A DNA stretch of 57,810 nucleotides, counting the filler, from Porpidia crustulata (Eukaryota): NCBI GenBank assembly GCA_964255105.1. It is 5 parts of 5 records of this genome, joined end to end, with 100 filler letters (N's around TTAATTAATTAA, not from the genome) between each part and the next. Parts side by side here need not be neighbours in the genome. Positions count along the whole stretch, not along the records: positions 34,775 to 46,243 come from CAXUWE010000653.1; positions 46,344 to 57,810 come from CAXUWE010000654.1; 3 more parts are not named here. One strand, written 5' to 3'. Of the stretch, positions 37,943 to 50,854 are shown in pieces. The notes under the pieces were generated by a model, which was given only the letters and a program-made list of their open reading frames with translations, searched no databases and was not told the origin of the DNA. How positions within the stretch are numbered: position 1 is the stretch's first letter; every line of letters begins with the position of its first letter. The position numbers and the translations under genes were made by a program.

Positions 37943-39496
37943 TTAGATCGAGATCGATTCGAGTCGAGAGAGAATTTGCTCAATGAAAACAACTCCAACA
38001 AGTATTCCGTCTTCGTGGTACAGGTCTTTTTCTTTGACAAACATATTCGTAGTGTCTGAGTCAAGGCACGTGAGACATGAGAGGACAACCTTCGTGTAGA
38101 GAAGCCCCATCAAGTTAGGCAGAAAGGTTTGTGCCATGTGAATGAGAATTTTCTTGATCTCCCAGGCAGCCTTCACGGAGTTTCTCATTTTTAGTTGTTC
38201 ACCTATATGAAGCAATCGCCCAGGGGTCCGATGGCATAACCAAAGAGTTCCAAAGTCCGATTTCGAGCAAGCAAACCCCAAGACTGTAAATATCATGTTG
38301 CATGATGTAGGCATGCTCAGATTTTAGGCCTTGTCGACTAGGATGACGATAGAGATTGCGCTCCCAGATCATGTCGCCTGTAAGACTTGTACCGGATGCT
38401 GCTGGACGGCTCCGCTCGAATCCAACGAGGTACGCTCTTATGTCCTGGTCTTTAGGGCTGCTGAACACAAGAATGCTGTCAGGTCGAATACTTTTATGGA
38501 CGAAATCGGCAGCGTGTACTGCCAAGACACCTCGAGTAATTGATTTGGCAATGCGATACTTTGCGTCTAAGCTCACGGGATCTCTCATAAGGGGCGCCCT
38601 TAGCGATGAGGGCGCAGTATGGGGCTCAGTAGGGTTCAGAAATACGAACCTATACTGGGAAATTTCACCGTTTGTGTCAAGCTCTTTCAACACCCCTATA
38701 CATTGCAAGAGACCGAGGGTCGATGGCCGTGAACAGAATAGAATCCGCGCAAGATCGCGGACATGGCTCGTAGTCTGCGATTTGTCCACTTCCTCTGGAT
38801 ACGATGTCGTATCGAGAATGACCTTGGTACCGTCTACGGCGAGTGTCGAGACGGCGAGACTTGATTGAGGGAGCAATTCCTGCTCAAGAGTCACAAAATT
38901 CTGGTCACGAAACACTGAGCCAGTCATCGATTGGTAATTTCGCGTTTTCTGAATGGCTGTGCGTATTGCTGTGACAGCATCAATGTTCTCCTGACCTTGT
39001 AATGAGTTTGGGTACCTCGCCACCAAGCCTGAATCAATATCGTTGTTACTGTGGAGAGTTATCAGAAACCACGACGGGTCGAAAATAGCGTGCTATGCTT
39101 CTAAATCATCCATTGTCTTCCGCAAATGATTTTCGAATAAGGAGTAGCGGAGCTTTTTCATTGGACTATGATAGATTGATAGCTGTGCCATTTTTAGATC
39201 CTCGATAGGGGCTTCGTTGAAAGTACCAATCTCGGCGCTAGCTGCGCACAGTCTCGCTGTAAGCCGTCGAAGACACCCTCCATGGAATCGAAGAAGTCGT
39301 TCATGCATATGATACCTGACATTACGTAGCGCTGTGACTTGAGTTTCGGTTTTCAGCCATATGCCTTCAAGTCGTATGACCAGCTCAGCTATGCGGTCGC
39401 TGGCATGTCGATAAGCACGGATCGTCTCAACGAAAGAATGGGCTATTCTGGTGCACGAAAGCGATTATTAAGGGTGTCGATCTTTATGGAACTCAT
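37943..39496 (-). pseudogene. Disrupted HeLo-like N-terminal domain plus protein-kinase-like domain gene
   Basis: Helical N-terminus (AYRHASDRIAELVIRLEGIWLKT..KKLRYSLF..DDLEA*HAIFDPSWFLI); kinase-like FVHKSIRPDSIL, LVGFERSRP, LYRHPSRQG, HDIYSLGVCLLEIGLW; frameshift near the start (~39460), TAG at 39095-39093, frameshift near 38225. Confidence 0.8.
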
Positions 39497-39967
39497 TGCA
39501 CTGACTTAATGCACGCCTCAGCGGCTTGAGAAAATGCGATTGATGCTGCCCCGACATCCATCGCAAAAACCGTTGAGTAGACACAAGCGCTTTCCAGTCT
39601 GGATGGAACAATGCAGCACAAAAGTCAGGTATTCTACTAGAGTGCTAAGACACTGATCTTGGAAGGTATCTCTTATTTGGACTGACTCCTATGCCCGCAA
39701 ATGGAAGTTCAGATATGACAAACTTCGTTCCAAAGTAGAAACGATATAAGACGAAGCCTCGCTAGGTTTAGCCACAACAGGACTCGTTCGATGCTGAGCC
39801 CCAGGTAGACAAGGCTGCAGTTACCGTGCAACATGGAACATGATGGCCGACATCCAGATCGGACGAAAGCCATGAGGTTTTAAGAGTGGTCCGACCAGCG
39901 CAGCAGAAGCCTACGTACAGTGAACACTGCTACTTTCCAACTAATGTTATAGGAACGCATCAACCAA

Positions 39968-42074
39968 ATGTCTTCTCAGATCGATCCAGATCCCTTCCCT
40001 ATCTCTGAAGATACAGGCGACGACCTCATTGATTACTTCCAATCGCATGTTCGATTTACCAGCTCCTATACCGAGCATCCTCATCGCGTCACGGATGTCA
40101 GTCGAGGCATCCGAAATGCCATCCATGTCCAGCAATGGTCAAGGCAGAAGGAGCTTGGAAGAGGTGGCTTTGGCATAGTGTATCTCGAGTCTGAAAAGAG
40201 TGGTCGTCTTCGCGCAGTCAAACAGGTGCCTAAAAAGACTGGGCCTACCATGACCATGGACTATCTTCGAGAGATCCTGGCGATGGCCCGCTGTAGCAAG
40301 GTTCGCCTATCATGCAACATCACTTGCTACAATGCCGAGCGTTATCCCCCTGACATAAATTAGCAAGAGGCCTTCCTCGTGAGCTTTGAATGTTGGTATC
40401 AAAGCAGCAGTCATATATATCTCGCGATGGAATACTTCCCGAACGGAGATCTTATTGATTGCGTCGAGCAGCCGCTTCCGGAGCCTGAAGTTTGGACCAT
40501 CTCATACCAATTACTCGCGGCACTGCAGTCAATGCATGAAAAAACTTTGCTCATCGTGACCTCAAGCCATCGGTTGGTCTCTCTCTGAATGGGTTCGCGG
40601 TGCCAAAAGTCGTGTCGCTCATTGCAAGCTTTCGCAAAATCTCGAAAGGGCAACGAAACGATTGGACATTGCGTCCAGACAACGTCGCTGTTGGGTTCAT
40701 GAAAATTTCCAGGTGGACAGTGACCCACGTGACTTCAGGCACCGCTAATGCCCTTCCACCATATTTCGGCAATACTGACACGCTGTACAGAATGTCTTTG
40801 TCGTCTCTAGATCCCCAGATTGGTGGGTGAAAGTGGGAGACTTCGGAGTCTCGAAACGTGTGAAACACGGCTCTACATCGTTACACACGGCAATCGAAGG
40901 AGAATACTCGGCGCCGGAGATGACTTTCGGTATGGAGGACGAAGCTTCGAGCTACACCAGCGCTGTCGATATGTGGTCCCTGGGATGCCTCGTTCATTGA
41001 CTGCTCACTAAGAATCTCCCTATGTCTAGGGGAGAACTATTTCGATTCTACCAGAAGCGCATGCCATTGCCCAAAACACACATGAACACTCACCAATCCT
41101 CTGCAGAAGCTACTGGCTTTATCAGTAAACTATTGGAACGCCAACCTCAGCACCGACTGATCGCATCTGAGGGTCACAGACATGGGTGGCTTCGCAAGAC
41201 TGATCTCGACAACGTTAGCGAACAGAAGTCAGGTCTACATCATCAAGGTAGGATTGATTTGAGGCCATCGTCTGTGCCTGTGGTAAGTCATTCATCGAAA
41301 GACCATGCAACTCGACCCAAAAGGACAAGAATATCAACAAAACAATCCAGCAACTTTCAATCGCGTACAGTGCCACTGAAATTGACCTCAACGGCTCTTC
41401 AAATGCTCGATGAAATATCAGGACCTAATACTAGTCCCGAACAATACTCGCAAAACAAGCCCTCCAGAAGGAAAGCCCCAGACCTTTCAGCGCCGATCGA
41501 GTATTCCCCAAAACGGACCAGGACGAAATCTTTAGAACAGAGCAATCAGAGAAATCAGAGCGCAATACACGAAGATTACATAGGTCGGGGTGACATACGG
41601 CGAGGTACCAAGAACAAACTTTCTTTATCAACAGGGGCTGTTTCCAATGGCCGATTGGGATCCCGCAAGGTCACGGAGAAAGAAACGATGACAGTTAGTA
41701 TCATGGGTGCCTATAATCTACAGAGAAGACACATGTTCAGATCTCCTATATATTATGCTGAGCTCAGAGTCCGAGGAGATCTGATAGGACGTACAAAAGG
41801 GGTAAAAGGCACTCCAAATCCTCGCTGGAGCGAGTCTTTCAAAATATCTGCGGACAGAGGCGATATGCTTAGCATAACGATTAAAGATGAATTATTTAAA
41901 GAGGACCATTATATGAATACCTGGATAGATTCAGCTTCCATCCACGCTGACGAACTCGCCGCGGATATCATCCACGAAGATTATGACAGCTTTTTGTATC
42001 GAGAAATGGATACTAAATTTGAGAGTATGTTAGACCTAGCTCTAGACAAGCTAATCTACCTAGTTTCATATTGA
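39968..42074 (+). pseudogene. Disrupted Ser/Thr protein kinase with C-terminal C2 domain
   Basis: LGRGGFGIV, RAVKQV, LAMEYFPNGDL; HRDLKP restored only by +1 A in the A-run 40539-40544; VKVGDFG, APE, DMWSLGC then in-frame TGA at 40998-41000; downstream ORF has a C2-like segment (VSIMGAYNL..GRTKGVKGTPNPRWSESF). Confidence 0.8.
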
Positions 42075-43113
42075 CCTAATCTATTACAGGACTATTCAAG
42101 TTAGGTCTTGAGGCCAAACAAAGACACGCATTTGAATCCATAGGCAATTTAAGCGTGATAATACGGTGCGATTATGACTCCCTCAGCCGGTTGCCGCCCA
42201 AAAAGCAATTAAGATATTCCAAATTACTGGAGAGTTTGAGCGTGGATGGCGTGCCGGTGTTGAACGAGCCACATGACAAGTTACATGCGTGACAATTACG
42301 CAGGTAGGAAGAACTACTCATGAAGCATGCAGATTACTAATGATCAACGATCCATTAGCCCACAGTTCTAAGTGGAAGCTCGTTGAGTGTTATCAGGATT
42401 ACAGCCAATCACCGACCATCCAACTTTCCAGACGAGTAGATACGGGGAGAAGTCCCAATGGGATCAAGCAGGGATAGTCCAAGGGTATTCTTCATCCTAA
42501 AACGGAAAGGAAATAGCTAGAGACAAACCTCGAAGCATCCTCAATTTCAATCAAGCCTACCGCCCTCGAGCTGAAAGACCAGCCTTTCAACTAAAATCAA
42601 AGACCATATGATCGTTATCAACACCGAATTTCTTTTCCTATTTTTGTCTCGTTCAATACTTACTCATAAGAGATTCGATTTCGGTTGAGTTGAAGGGGAA
42701 AAAAATCACCTTATCATTGAATCAGCGTCGATAGAAACCGATGAAGATTGTAGATTCTTCAGACTTCCATTCTTCGTAGTCTGAAATTGCAACGCATCAC
42801 ATTCCGTCTTCTAGTTCATTCATACAGTCTTATTGACTAAATAAGGCAACGACAACGGTACTTGCGGGCAGGTACTTGGAATAAGCCCGGCCCAGTCCCC
42901 AAATCACCACTCTTCCATTTGGAAGTTGACATATTGTGGATTAGCAAAGAATAAAGTGCGTTCGCATTTTGTACATTCGCAAAACACCAAATCCCAAACG
43001 CCAGATCCCTGAACCTCATCCGATTCCCCATCAAGTCCACCATCCATTATAAACCTACACTCCGCGCCCCAAGGAATGGGTGACTAACTGGATAAGTCGC
43101 CATTTATACAGAC

Positions 43114-43769
43114 TTATAGAGTGCCAAGTAGTATCTGGCTTTCCCTCCACTTCTTCCGAGCGGCAATCTCTTTGACTGATGCTCCATATAGCAATGCAAA
43201 GACATCTTTCCACATCTCAAACACGTGACCTCGGAATTGCGCAAAGAGCAGTACCTGAGCAAACTCTTCGCTGGTTTCGTGCGCTTGCTGGTTTCGGGCG
43301 GAGATGTACTGAAATTGGATAAGTGACTTGATTAATCGATGACAAGCAAAAGAAGAATAGGAATAGATATACCTGGTCTAGTCTGCGAAGCGGGTGCCAG
43401 TATTTGGTTGGGATCTCCATTTTTTGTAGCTGATCGTCTTCCAGGTCTGCAGCGGATTGCTGCAGTCTTACTGTCGACGTATCGTTCCCCAGCTCCGCTT
43501 TGTATTGGCTTGCCATCAGCCGTGCAAGATCAACCAGAGCATCGGCAATGAGCATTGCGAGTCTGCTCGTCTGGCTCCTTTCCACCTCCGTTCGTAGCTT
43601 GTCGGCTTCTACTCGTAAGCTCTCTACCTCCGGCTTCAGGGACTAAAATAGGATTAGGTTACTTTGAAAGTTATATCGTGATAGAACAACGTACTCGAAG
43701 TTCTTGGACTTTGATCAGTTCATCTTGGAATGGCATTTTTATGTGGAACTTCGCTCGATCTTGCGGCAT
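43114..43769 (-). CDS. Three-exon hypothetical protein, 179 aa, with coiled-coil N-terminus and RNxxAH (HEPN-like) motif
   Basis: Exons 43769-43695, 43642-43373, 43308-43114 with GTACGT..TAG and GTATAT..CAG introns splice in phase with no stops; reads ..WHPLRRLDQ/YISARNQQAHETSEEFAQVLL..WKDVFALLYG.. Confidence 0.7.
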
Positions 43770-44541
43770 CAGGGCTTGAATTCGCTCGTGATATGTTGGA
43801 AATTAAAAAATATATAGCGAATTAACAAAGTGCAAAGTGCGTTCGGATTTTGTCCAAGAGCGTGGAGGAGTCAATTTGCAGATTAAAAATGCATTACGAC
43901 GAAGACGAAGATTTCTTTTATTTGATCTTTCCTGTACTATGAGTCAAATTTAGAGAAAGAGAAGGTTTGAAAAGTGCCGTGGATGCCATGTTGGGAGTAC
44001 CATGGTAGCCGCAGTGAAGACTAAGTCACCGCGTCGCAATAGATGTGAATGTCTTCACTTTACGTCATATTTGTTTATCTGTCGACGTACTATTAAAATC
44101 CAAATGTACTAATTGTAGAACGATTTTCTCGTGAGTTGATTTCGTTGAGTAAATCTCCCAGACATAGAAGGTAATTGTCGATTATGATGACTGCGCCACC
44201 CCCAGACCGCGTTTAGAGTATTCGTCTCTTGAAACACTGCTATTTAGACATCGAACACGAAACTCTTACTATTAGACTACTCTCCTTTCTTTGTACCTTC
44301 AACATCATATCATGATGACTGTAGACTCCTTGGACTTCTGGTATTCGTAACTTGGATTTCCCATCCATCATATTGTGTATTTTAGACCATCTATCCACCC
44401 ATTCCCATTGGCTAGATAAGTCATGACTGACGACGCATACCCCACCTCGGCCTCTACGAAAGATATGCTCAACACTGCGTGCGACCAATTTCCTTTTCGT
44501 CTTCTTTTCAACTCCAGTGCACGTCCTCACAGACATATCAG

Positions 44542-46070
44542 ATGGCTTCAAGCAAAGACATCTCTCTTCTATCTCGCCTAGCTTCCGAGCTAGGCATTTT
44601 CTCCATTGCACAATCATCCAGAGATACAAAGATCCTATGTCTCCAACGCTTTGTACGGCTCTTTGCCTACGGCGCCTCGACGTTGATTCTTGCTCTGTAT
44701 CTCTCGAGTTTGAACATCACAGATGCTCAAATCGGCCTGTTCATGACCCTGACACTTTTGGGTGATGTCGTCATCAGCTTTGTATTGACGCTATTCGCAG
44801 ATGGTTTGGGCAGGAGAAGGATTCTACAGTTGGGCTCGGCCTTGATGACCGCCAGTGGGTTGGTCTTTGCGTTCAGCGAGAACTACTGGATCCTGGTGGC
44901 AGCAAGCGTGTTTGGGGTCATCAGTCCTAGGTGAGAATAATTCGAGACAGATTCGAGAATCACCGCAAAGGCGTTAGTCATTGATGCTCTGGCAGTGGCA
45001 ATGAGATTGGACCGTTCAGAGCCATCGAAGAGTCCACGCTCGCTCAGCTCACACCCTCTGCCATCCGTAGTGATATCTTCGCTTGGTACACCCTTCTCGG
45101 AAGCGCCGGCGCGGCTTGCGGCACGCTCTTCTGCGGCTGGATGGTGCAGGGACTCCTCGTTCATAGACACTGGCAAGATATTCGTGCCTATCGCGTCATC
45201 TTCGCCTTGTACGCTTTCCTCGGGATCATCAAACTCGTCCTTTCCCTCATGCTAAGCGAGAAGTGCGAGGTTGAGCCACCGCAGCAAAAATACGAACCAG
45301 TCGGGCATGAATTGGACTCGGTGGAGGCGGAAGGACTTCTGTCCGACGACGACGATACCCCGGAATCTAGCCCTACATTCAAAAAGGTCATTGAGCCGCC
45401 CCTTCCGCAACCCAAGAGCAAGAGCACCATCTGGCCCGCCATTTCCCCCGCTTCCCGCAGCATCCTCATCAAACTCTGTCTCCTATTCGCCATCGACTCC
45501 CTAGCCTCCGGCCTCGTCCCGGCGTCCTGGATAACCTACTTCTTCAATCGCAAATTCTCCGTCTCCGAAGGCGCCCTCGGCACCCTCTTCTTCACGACCA
45601 ACATCATCGCCTCCGTATCCAACCTCGCCGCCTCATCCGTCTCGAAGCGCATCGGCCTCGTCAAAACAATGGTCTTCACCCACCTCCCCTCCGCCATCTT
45701 CCTCTCCCTCATCCCGCTTCCCAACAACGTCGCCATCTCCATGGCCTTTTTGATCCTGCGATCTTGTACCCAGAGCATGGATCAGGCTCCCCGCCAAGCG
45801 TTCCTCGCCGCCGCCGTTCTCCCGAGCGAAAGAACCGCCGTCATGGGCGTCGTCAATGTGGTCAAGACGCTGAGTCAAAGCGGTGGGCCGATTCCGACTG
45901 GGTGGTTGGCGGGCGTGGGGAAGTTCTGGATCGCGTTTTTGGTCGCGGGGGCGATGAAAGCGAGCTATGACCTGGCGATGTTGAAGATGTTTCTTGGGTA
46001 TCGGAGTCGGGAAGATGCTGAGCAGAGGGGAAGGGATGATGATGGGGCTGCAGGGGTTCAGAAGGCGTAG
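44542..46070 (+). CDS. MFS transporter
   Basis: Exons 44542-44930 and 44996-46070; QRFVRLFAYG, ADGLGRRRIL, ISPSGNEIGPFRAIEES, KRIGLVKTMVFTHLPS, MDQAPRQAF. Confidence 0.92.
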
Positions 46071-46243
46071 GGGGATTGAAGCGGATTACGGTATTTTGAG
46101 GTTGTGATGTTTAGCTCTAGGGGTCTAGGATAACGTCTGACGATTCGACGAATAATGAATAATTCAGGTCGATTAGTTTGACTTACCGCCTCGGAGGTGA
46201 ATGCATTCATTCGATGAGACAGCGTATGGAGTCGGTATAATTG

Positions 46244-46343
46244 NNNNNNNNNNNNNNNNNNNNNNNNNNNNNNNNNNNNNNNNNNNNTTAATTAATTAAN
46301 NNNNNNNNNNNNNNNNNNNNNNNNNNNNNNNNNNNNNNNNNNN
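46244..46343. other. Artificial contig spacer
   Basis: N44-TTAATTAATTAA-N44. Confidence 0.97.
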
Positions 46344-46883
46344 GGTGCTCAGCCAAGGTTGCTCAGCCTTGCGCTGTGTGTGGACTCGGAACACCCGAGT
46401 CGAGAATAGAATAGGACAGATACTGATAACGTGGTATCGAAGTTGATGTGAAACGCGAACTGCAGGGTTTGCCTTGAGCTGGATAGGCGTAAGGCGTGGG
46501 GGTGCATATCGGAGCAATCGAGAGGACCGGATGGACTTTGTTTTTCGGGCGTGGGGCTGTAGCCTCACGATGCAGTACTTTGCGGCTTTTAGTTTCCGTG
46601 CCGTCTGCACGTTCGTGCTTAGTCCTTGGTAGGTGGGCTGTTGATGATGCGGCACGACAGAGTCGCCGGGAATAATTATTGACTGCATATGCAGCTTTTG
46701 CCTGGGGCACTTTAGAGGTTATGAAAGTCCCACATGCAGATCTCTGCTGTACTTGAGCACAGGCTGATTCACAGGAATGAGTGCCCTACAAATGCTATGC
46801 AAAGCTTGCTGATCTTCCGACCAGATTACTGTGCTTCCAGCAGCAGCTCCTACATAAATTTCCCGATTTAGTGCTCGGAGCGA

Positions 46884-48508
46884 CTAACCCTTGCTGCTCC
46901 ATTCGAAAGTACAGAGGTCGGGTCTCTTCTGCATCTCTACCCGAATGTCATCGCGGGGGGCCAATATTGACGTTGCTAGACTGCGTCTGTTTCCCGGCCA
47001 TAGCCACGATGTGCGTTCCACCGGGACCAAATCAAACTTTAGCACCATGGTCACGAGGATGATTATGATCTCGTTGACGGCGAAGAAGCGTCCGGGACAT
47101 AAAAATGAGCCACCACCAAAAGCTCTGTACGCCGATGTCGGTTTCTTGCTTTCGAAAATATCATTTCGGCAGAATCTTCTCGTGTCGAATTTGGATGAAC
47201 CAGAGCCCCATACCTCGCTCATAGTATGGATTTCAGCCGAGGGTATCAAGACCGTAGAGCCTTGTTTTAAGAGGTGCTGGCCGTCTAGCAGAGTATCTTC
47301 CAGCACTTTGCGGGCGGACATACTCACTGAATGAAGCCTCAATGTCTCGTGGACTATAGATGCTATAAGTGGGCACTGGGCGGCAACGTTCGCTATGTTG
47401 ACGTGGCGCTTGGAATCCTCTGCTGATACTCGGATGTGAGGAGCAATGGCCGCCCTGACTTCCTTCAAAAGGCTGGGCTGAGAGTAAACGTAGTAGAGCG
47501 TCCAACAGGAAGCCGGTACGGTGTTGATCAAGAGGCCCAAGCACACGTTGAGGTCAAAATGCGCAATGTCTTCCTCGCACAGGTTGTATCGTTGCAAGAC
47601 TTGGTAGCGTGTCTGAACCATCCGGGATGCGCTCTCCTGGCTATTGCCATGGTAGTACTTCTCAAACGCCGCAAAAACGGTCAAGCGACCAGCGTGTGCT
47701 TTAGGGCATATGATGTTTGGAATCCTACCAAGCCCAAGGCGGGTTAAGTCTTTATTCACAACCCTGCTTACTATATCAGCTGCGGCAGATTGTAGATGAT
47801 GACGAGATTCGCTCACCACAAGGCAGCTTCAACAGCAGGATCTTGGAAGGGATTTTTCGCTGGTCCGTACAATGTACAGGTACTGGCCTGTGTGAGCAGG
47901 CTTTTTGTCCATGAAAAGAGGTCGACTTCCTGGGGCGTTGAAGAGACTTCCATCGACTCCAGGAATCGTAGCGCGCTACTCAACATATCAGAGGTTGTTT
48001 GTTCCAAAGCCGTGCCCGGAGCCAAGGCAATGCTCATAGCTCGGACTGTGTCAGTGTGAAAGCTTTGGGCTCCTTTCTCCGCTCGAAAAGATCTCTCCAG
48101 AACGTCAAGCCCTTGCTTGCTAGGCATAGTGACGCGCTTCACAAATTCAAGTGCATATGGAGCCAATGACAATGTGCTGGAGTGACGATCCACCGCTGCC
48201 ACCATCTTGGGTGAGCTGATAATGTATAATTTGCTCCATGGGAGGCGGAGGGTGTAAAACGATGTGCTGTATCGGGTGCTGTTGTGGATTAAGTGTCCGA
48301 TTATTCTTGAATCCTCATAGACTGATACTGACCTCATTATGCCAAAGTAACTCGAGCCATTCCTTAGAAGTCCACCCAGATGTCCAAGAAAGGGAATTGT
48401 ATGAGGAATCATGTGTGGTTCTTTAAGGTCTTGCGTGAAATGCAAGATGCCTCGACAGAAAATCCAACACACGGCAGAGAATAGCAAGACGTACAGCAAT
48501 GCCATCAT
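46884..48508 (-). CDS. Cytochrome P450 (CYP7/CYP8-like type)
   Basis: Exons 48508-48333, 48278-47817, 47763-46884; N-terminal TM anchor, IPFLGH, I-helix LINTVPA, ETLR, FDTRRF, heme motif AFGGGSFLCPGRFFA. Confidence 0.93.
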
Positions 48509-48990
48509 AAATTGATAGCCAGTGTAATATATCTAAGAAACTGAGGAAAAAGATTACTATGAGTAGGCGTGTGACGGGGGAATAACCTTCTTAAGAGGTC
48601 CTCGAGCCATCCATTTGTTTCGGTGGCACACAGTGCCGTACCTCTAGAAGCACGACCGCAAAGATATGATTGGCTTGGCAGTTGCAAGATGTCAGGCTGA
48701 GTCTACCGCTGCTGAAGTGCATCGAATCCGCTAATGCGGTACAAGGTAGGCTTTGTATTGACGCTACATGGGTCCATCGTGATGAACGCTGAATGCCTCG
48801 AATTTCTGCTATGCTACCCCTCCGGACTGCGTCTCAGCTTGATTGTCAGAATCTCAAGGCTTTCATCTTAGGTCGTCGAATTTGACATAGCAGCCACCAC
48901 CCAAAAGATTTGCTACGTACTGTGAAGGTAAAGGTATACATCTCAACATAATCAAGATCCTCATCTCTCCCATCTTTTGCTTTCTACTTA

Positions 48991-50854
48991 CTAAACACTA
49001 GTCACATGTTGACGCAGTCTAATTCGGAAAGGGACCTTGGAAACGGGTACTTGAACACCCAATCCGAAACGTGATGGGCCAAACTTTGGCTGATTCGAGC
49101 CCTTCAAAAGCTCGATATCGAATTTAGTGATCATTGTTGCGCATGAAAGTAGCATGATACGCTTTGCCAGCACTCTGCCAGGGCAAGCATGATGACCACC
49201 TAAAGACCACTTTAGTGAATTGAGCTCTTAACAGCTCGACTGTTGTCTCACCTCCATAAGGAATCCATGCACCTTCGAGCCCATCGGTAGAATATCTTAC
49301 TTTACTATTATCATCCGCTCCGGAAGACAGATCAGAATCGACTTTGTGACGGCTCTTAATTGGCCCACTGTCAGCATCCTTGGGATCAATCAAAAATCGA
49401 CGAGCCCAGAACTGCTCTACTGGATGGGTGCCATGTCTTGTGTTCCAAACTGCTTTGTCAGTGTGTGCAAGCCAAGTATTGAAGATGAGTACTTTGTCAC
49501 TTGGGATAGTCCGGTCACCAATGTTAAGAGCTTGATGCGGTGTATGTCGTGGAATATGAATTTGCACACCAAATCTTAAGGTCTCAGCGTACAATGAGAG
49601 TAGGAGCGGTTGCTGTCCTAATTGCTTTGACCGGAAAATAAGGTCAGATGCTGAGTCGGTTGCCCTTGCAACTTCTTGCTGCACCTCCAAGAACACCGAA
49701 GAACCACCCATCGTGTGTAGTAGAAGGGCCATCGATGAAGGAACCACGTTTGTGACACTCCTTCGACTTGTCAGTATGTTTAAACCAGCATAGATTTACT
49801 GCCTTCGATCAAGGCACGATCACCTACGACCAAATAAACGCTAGATCTGTCGATGCTACGGAATTGTCATCTTGGCTTTGAGTGGCGCGAAGTGTCTTGT
49901 AACGGTCCCGAATCATTTTGCAGCCCCAGTGCCGATCGTTATCTTGATCTTCAGCGTTTTGATGTTCCGTAGAGCGTGCTCTTGCATACGCGTGCCATCT
50001 TTTGACCTGAAGGAGTAGCTTGTGACGAAGCCAGTAGGTCCTTGGCGCAAAAATGATTGGAAGCCGTTTCGCAAGAGTCATGACCACTCCGTCGAAATTC
50101 CAAAGATCCTGGACGAAGTCAGGATTCAGTGACAACAATGTGCTGCCAAATATCGTTTTGATTACGGTAGTCCCAAGGAATACTTCGTAAAATTCCATTA
50201 GATCAGGAAAATAAGTCCAATCGTCCGAAATACTAAGTGTGGAGATCGAAGCTCTCATCTCCACCTCCAGTCGGTCGGTCATCGGCACGAGACCTTGGCG
50301 AAGGAGACCTTCTAGAAGCGTTTCGTGTGTTTTGTAGTAGATGCGATTAGGAGGTTCGATTTTACTCCCAATATTGGGCTTTTCCCGTGGTCCAGTGGTG
50401 TCTTTATGGTACACGTCCGCGGCCTGCTTAGACATGCCGAAACAATGCACCAAGACAAATCCCATGGACCAGGTTACACTCGAGGAAGTCGCTCTGAAAG
50501 CCTCCGCTATGTTCTTCGCACCATGGACCAGGTACAGGTCATTGGTGAGCAAAGGGATGCGAATGACAGGATCATCCCGGCCGATACGTCTATGGTAATA
50601 TTTAGCCAGAATCAGAGGACTATTGTCATTGGCACCCACGATGCATAGGTAATAAGCTTAGCTCCGTTGAACAGAAAAAATAAGGTGCTCTTCACGATAG
50701 ACAGCTTGTACGGTATCGTGCGCGGTGACTTTCCAGTATCAGAATGCTCTTTTCGATGTGAGGCGTAGATCCACGAAAATATCGTAGCCAGAAATGAAAG
50801 AGTTACGAGAATTTTGAGTGACTCCTCAACGCTACTAAAGAGGTACAAAGCCAT
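48991..50854 (-). CDS. Cytochrome P450 (CYP7/CYP8-like type)
   Basis: Exons 50854-50640, 50589-49828, 49760-49252, 49199-48991; I-helix WSSVTNVVP, ETLR, FWARRF, heme motif PYGGGHHACPGR. Confidence 0.93.
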
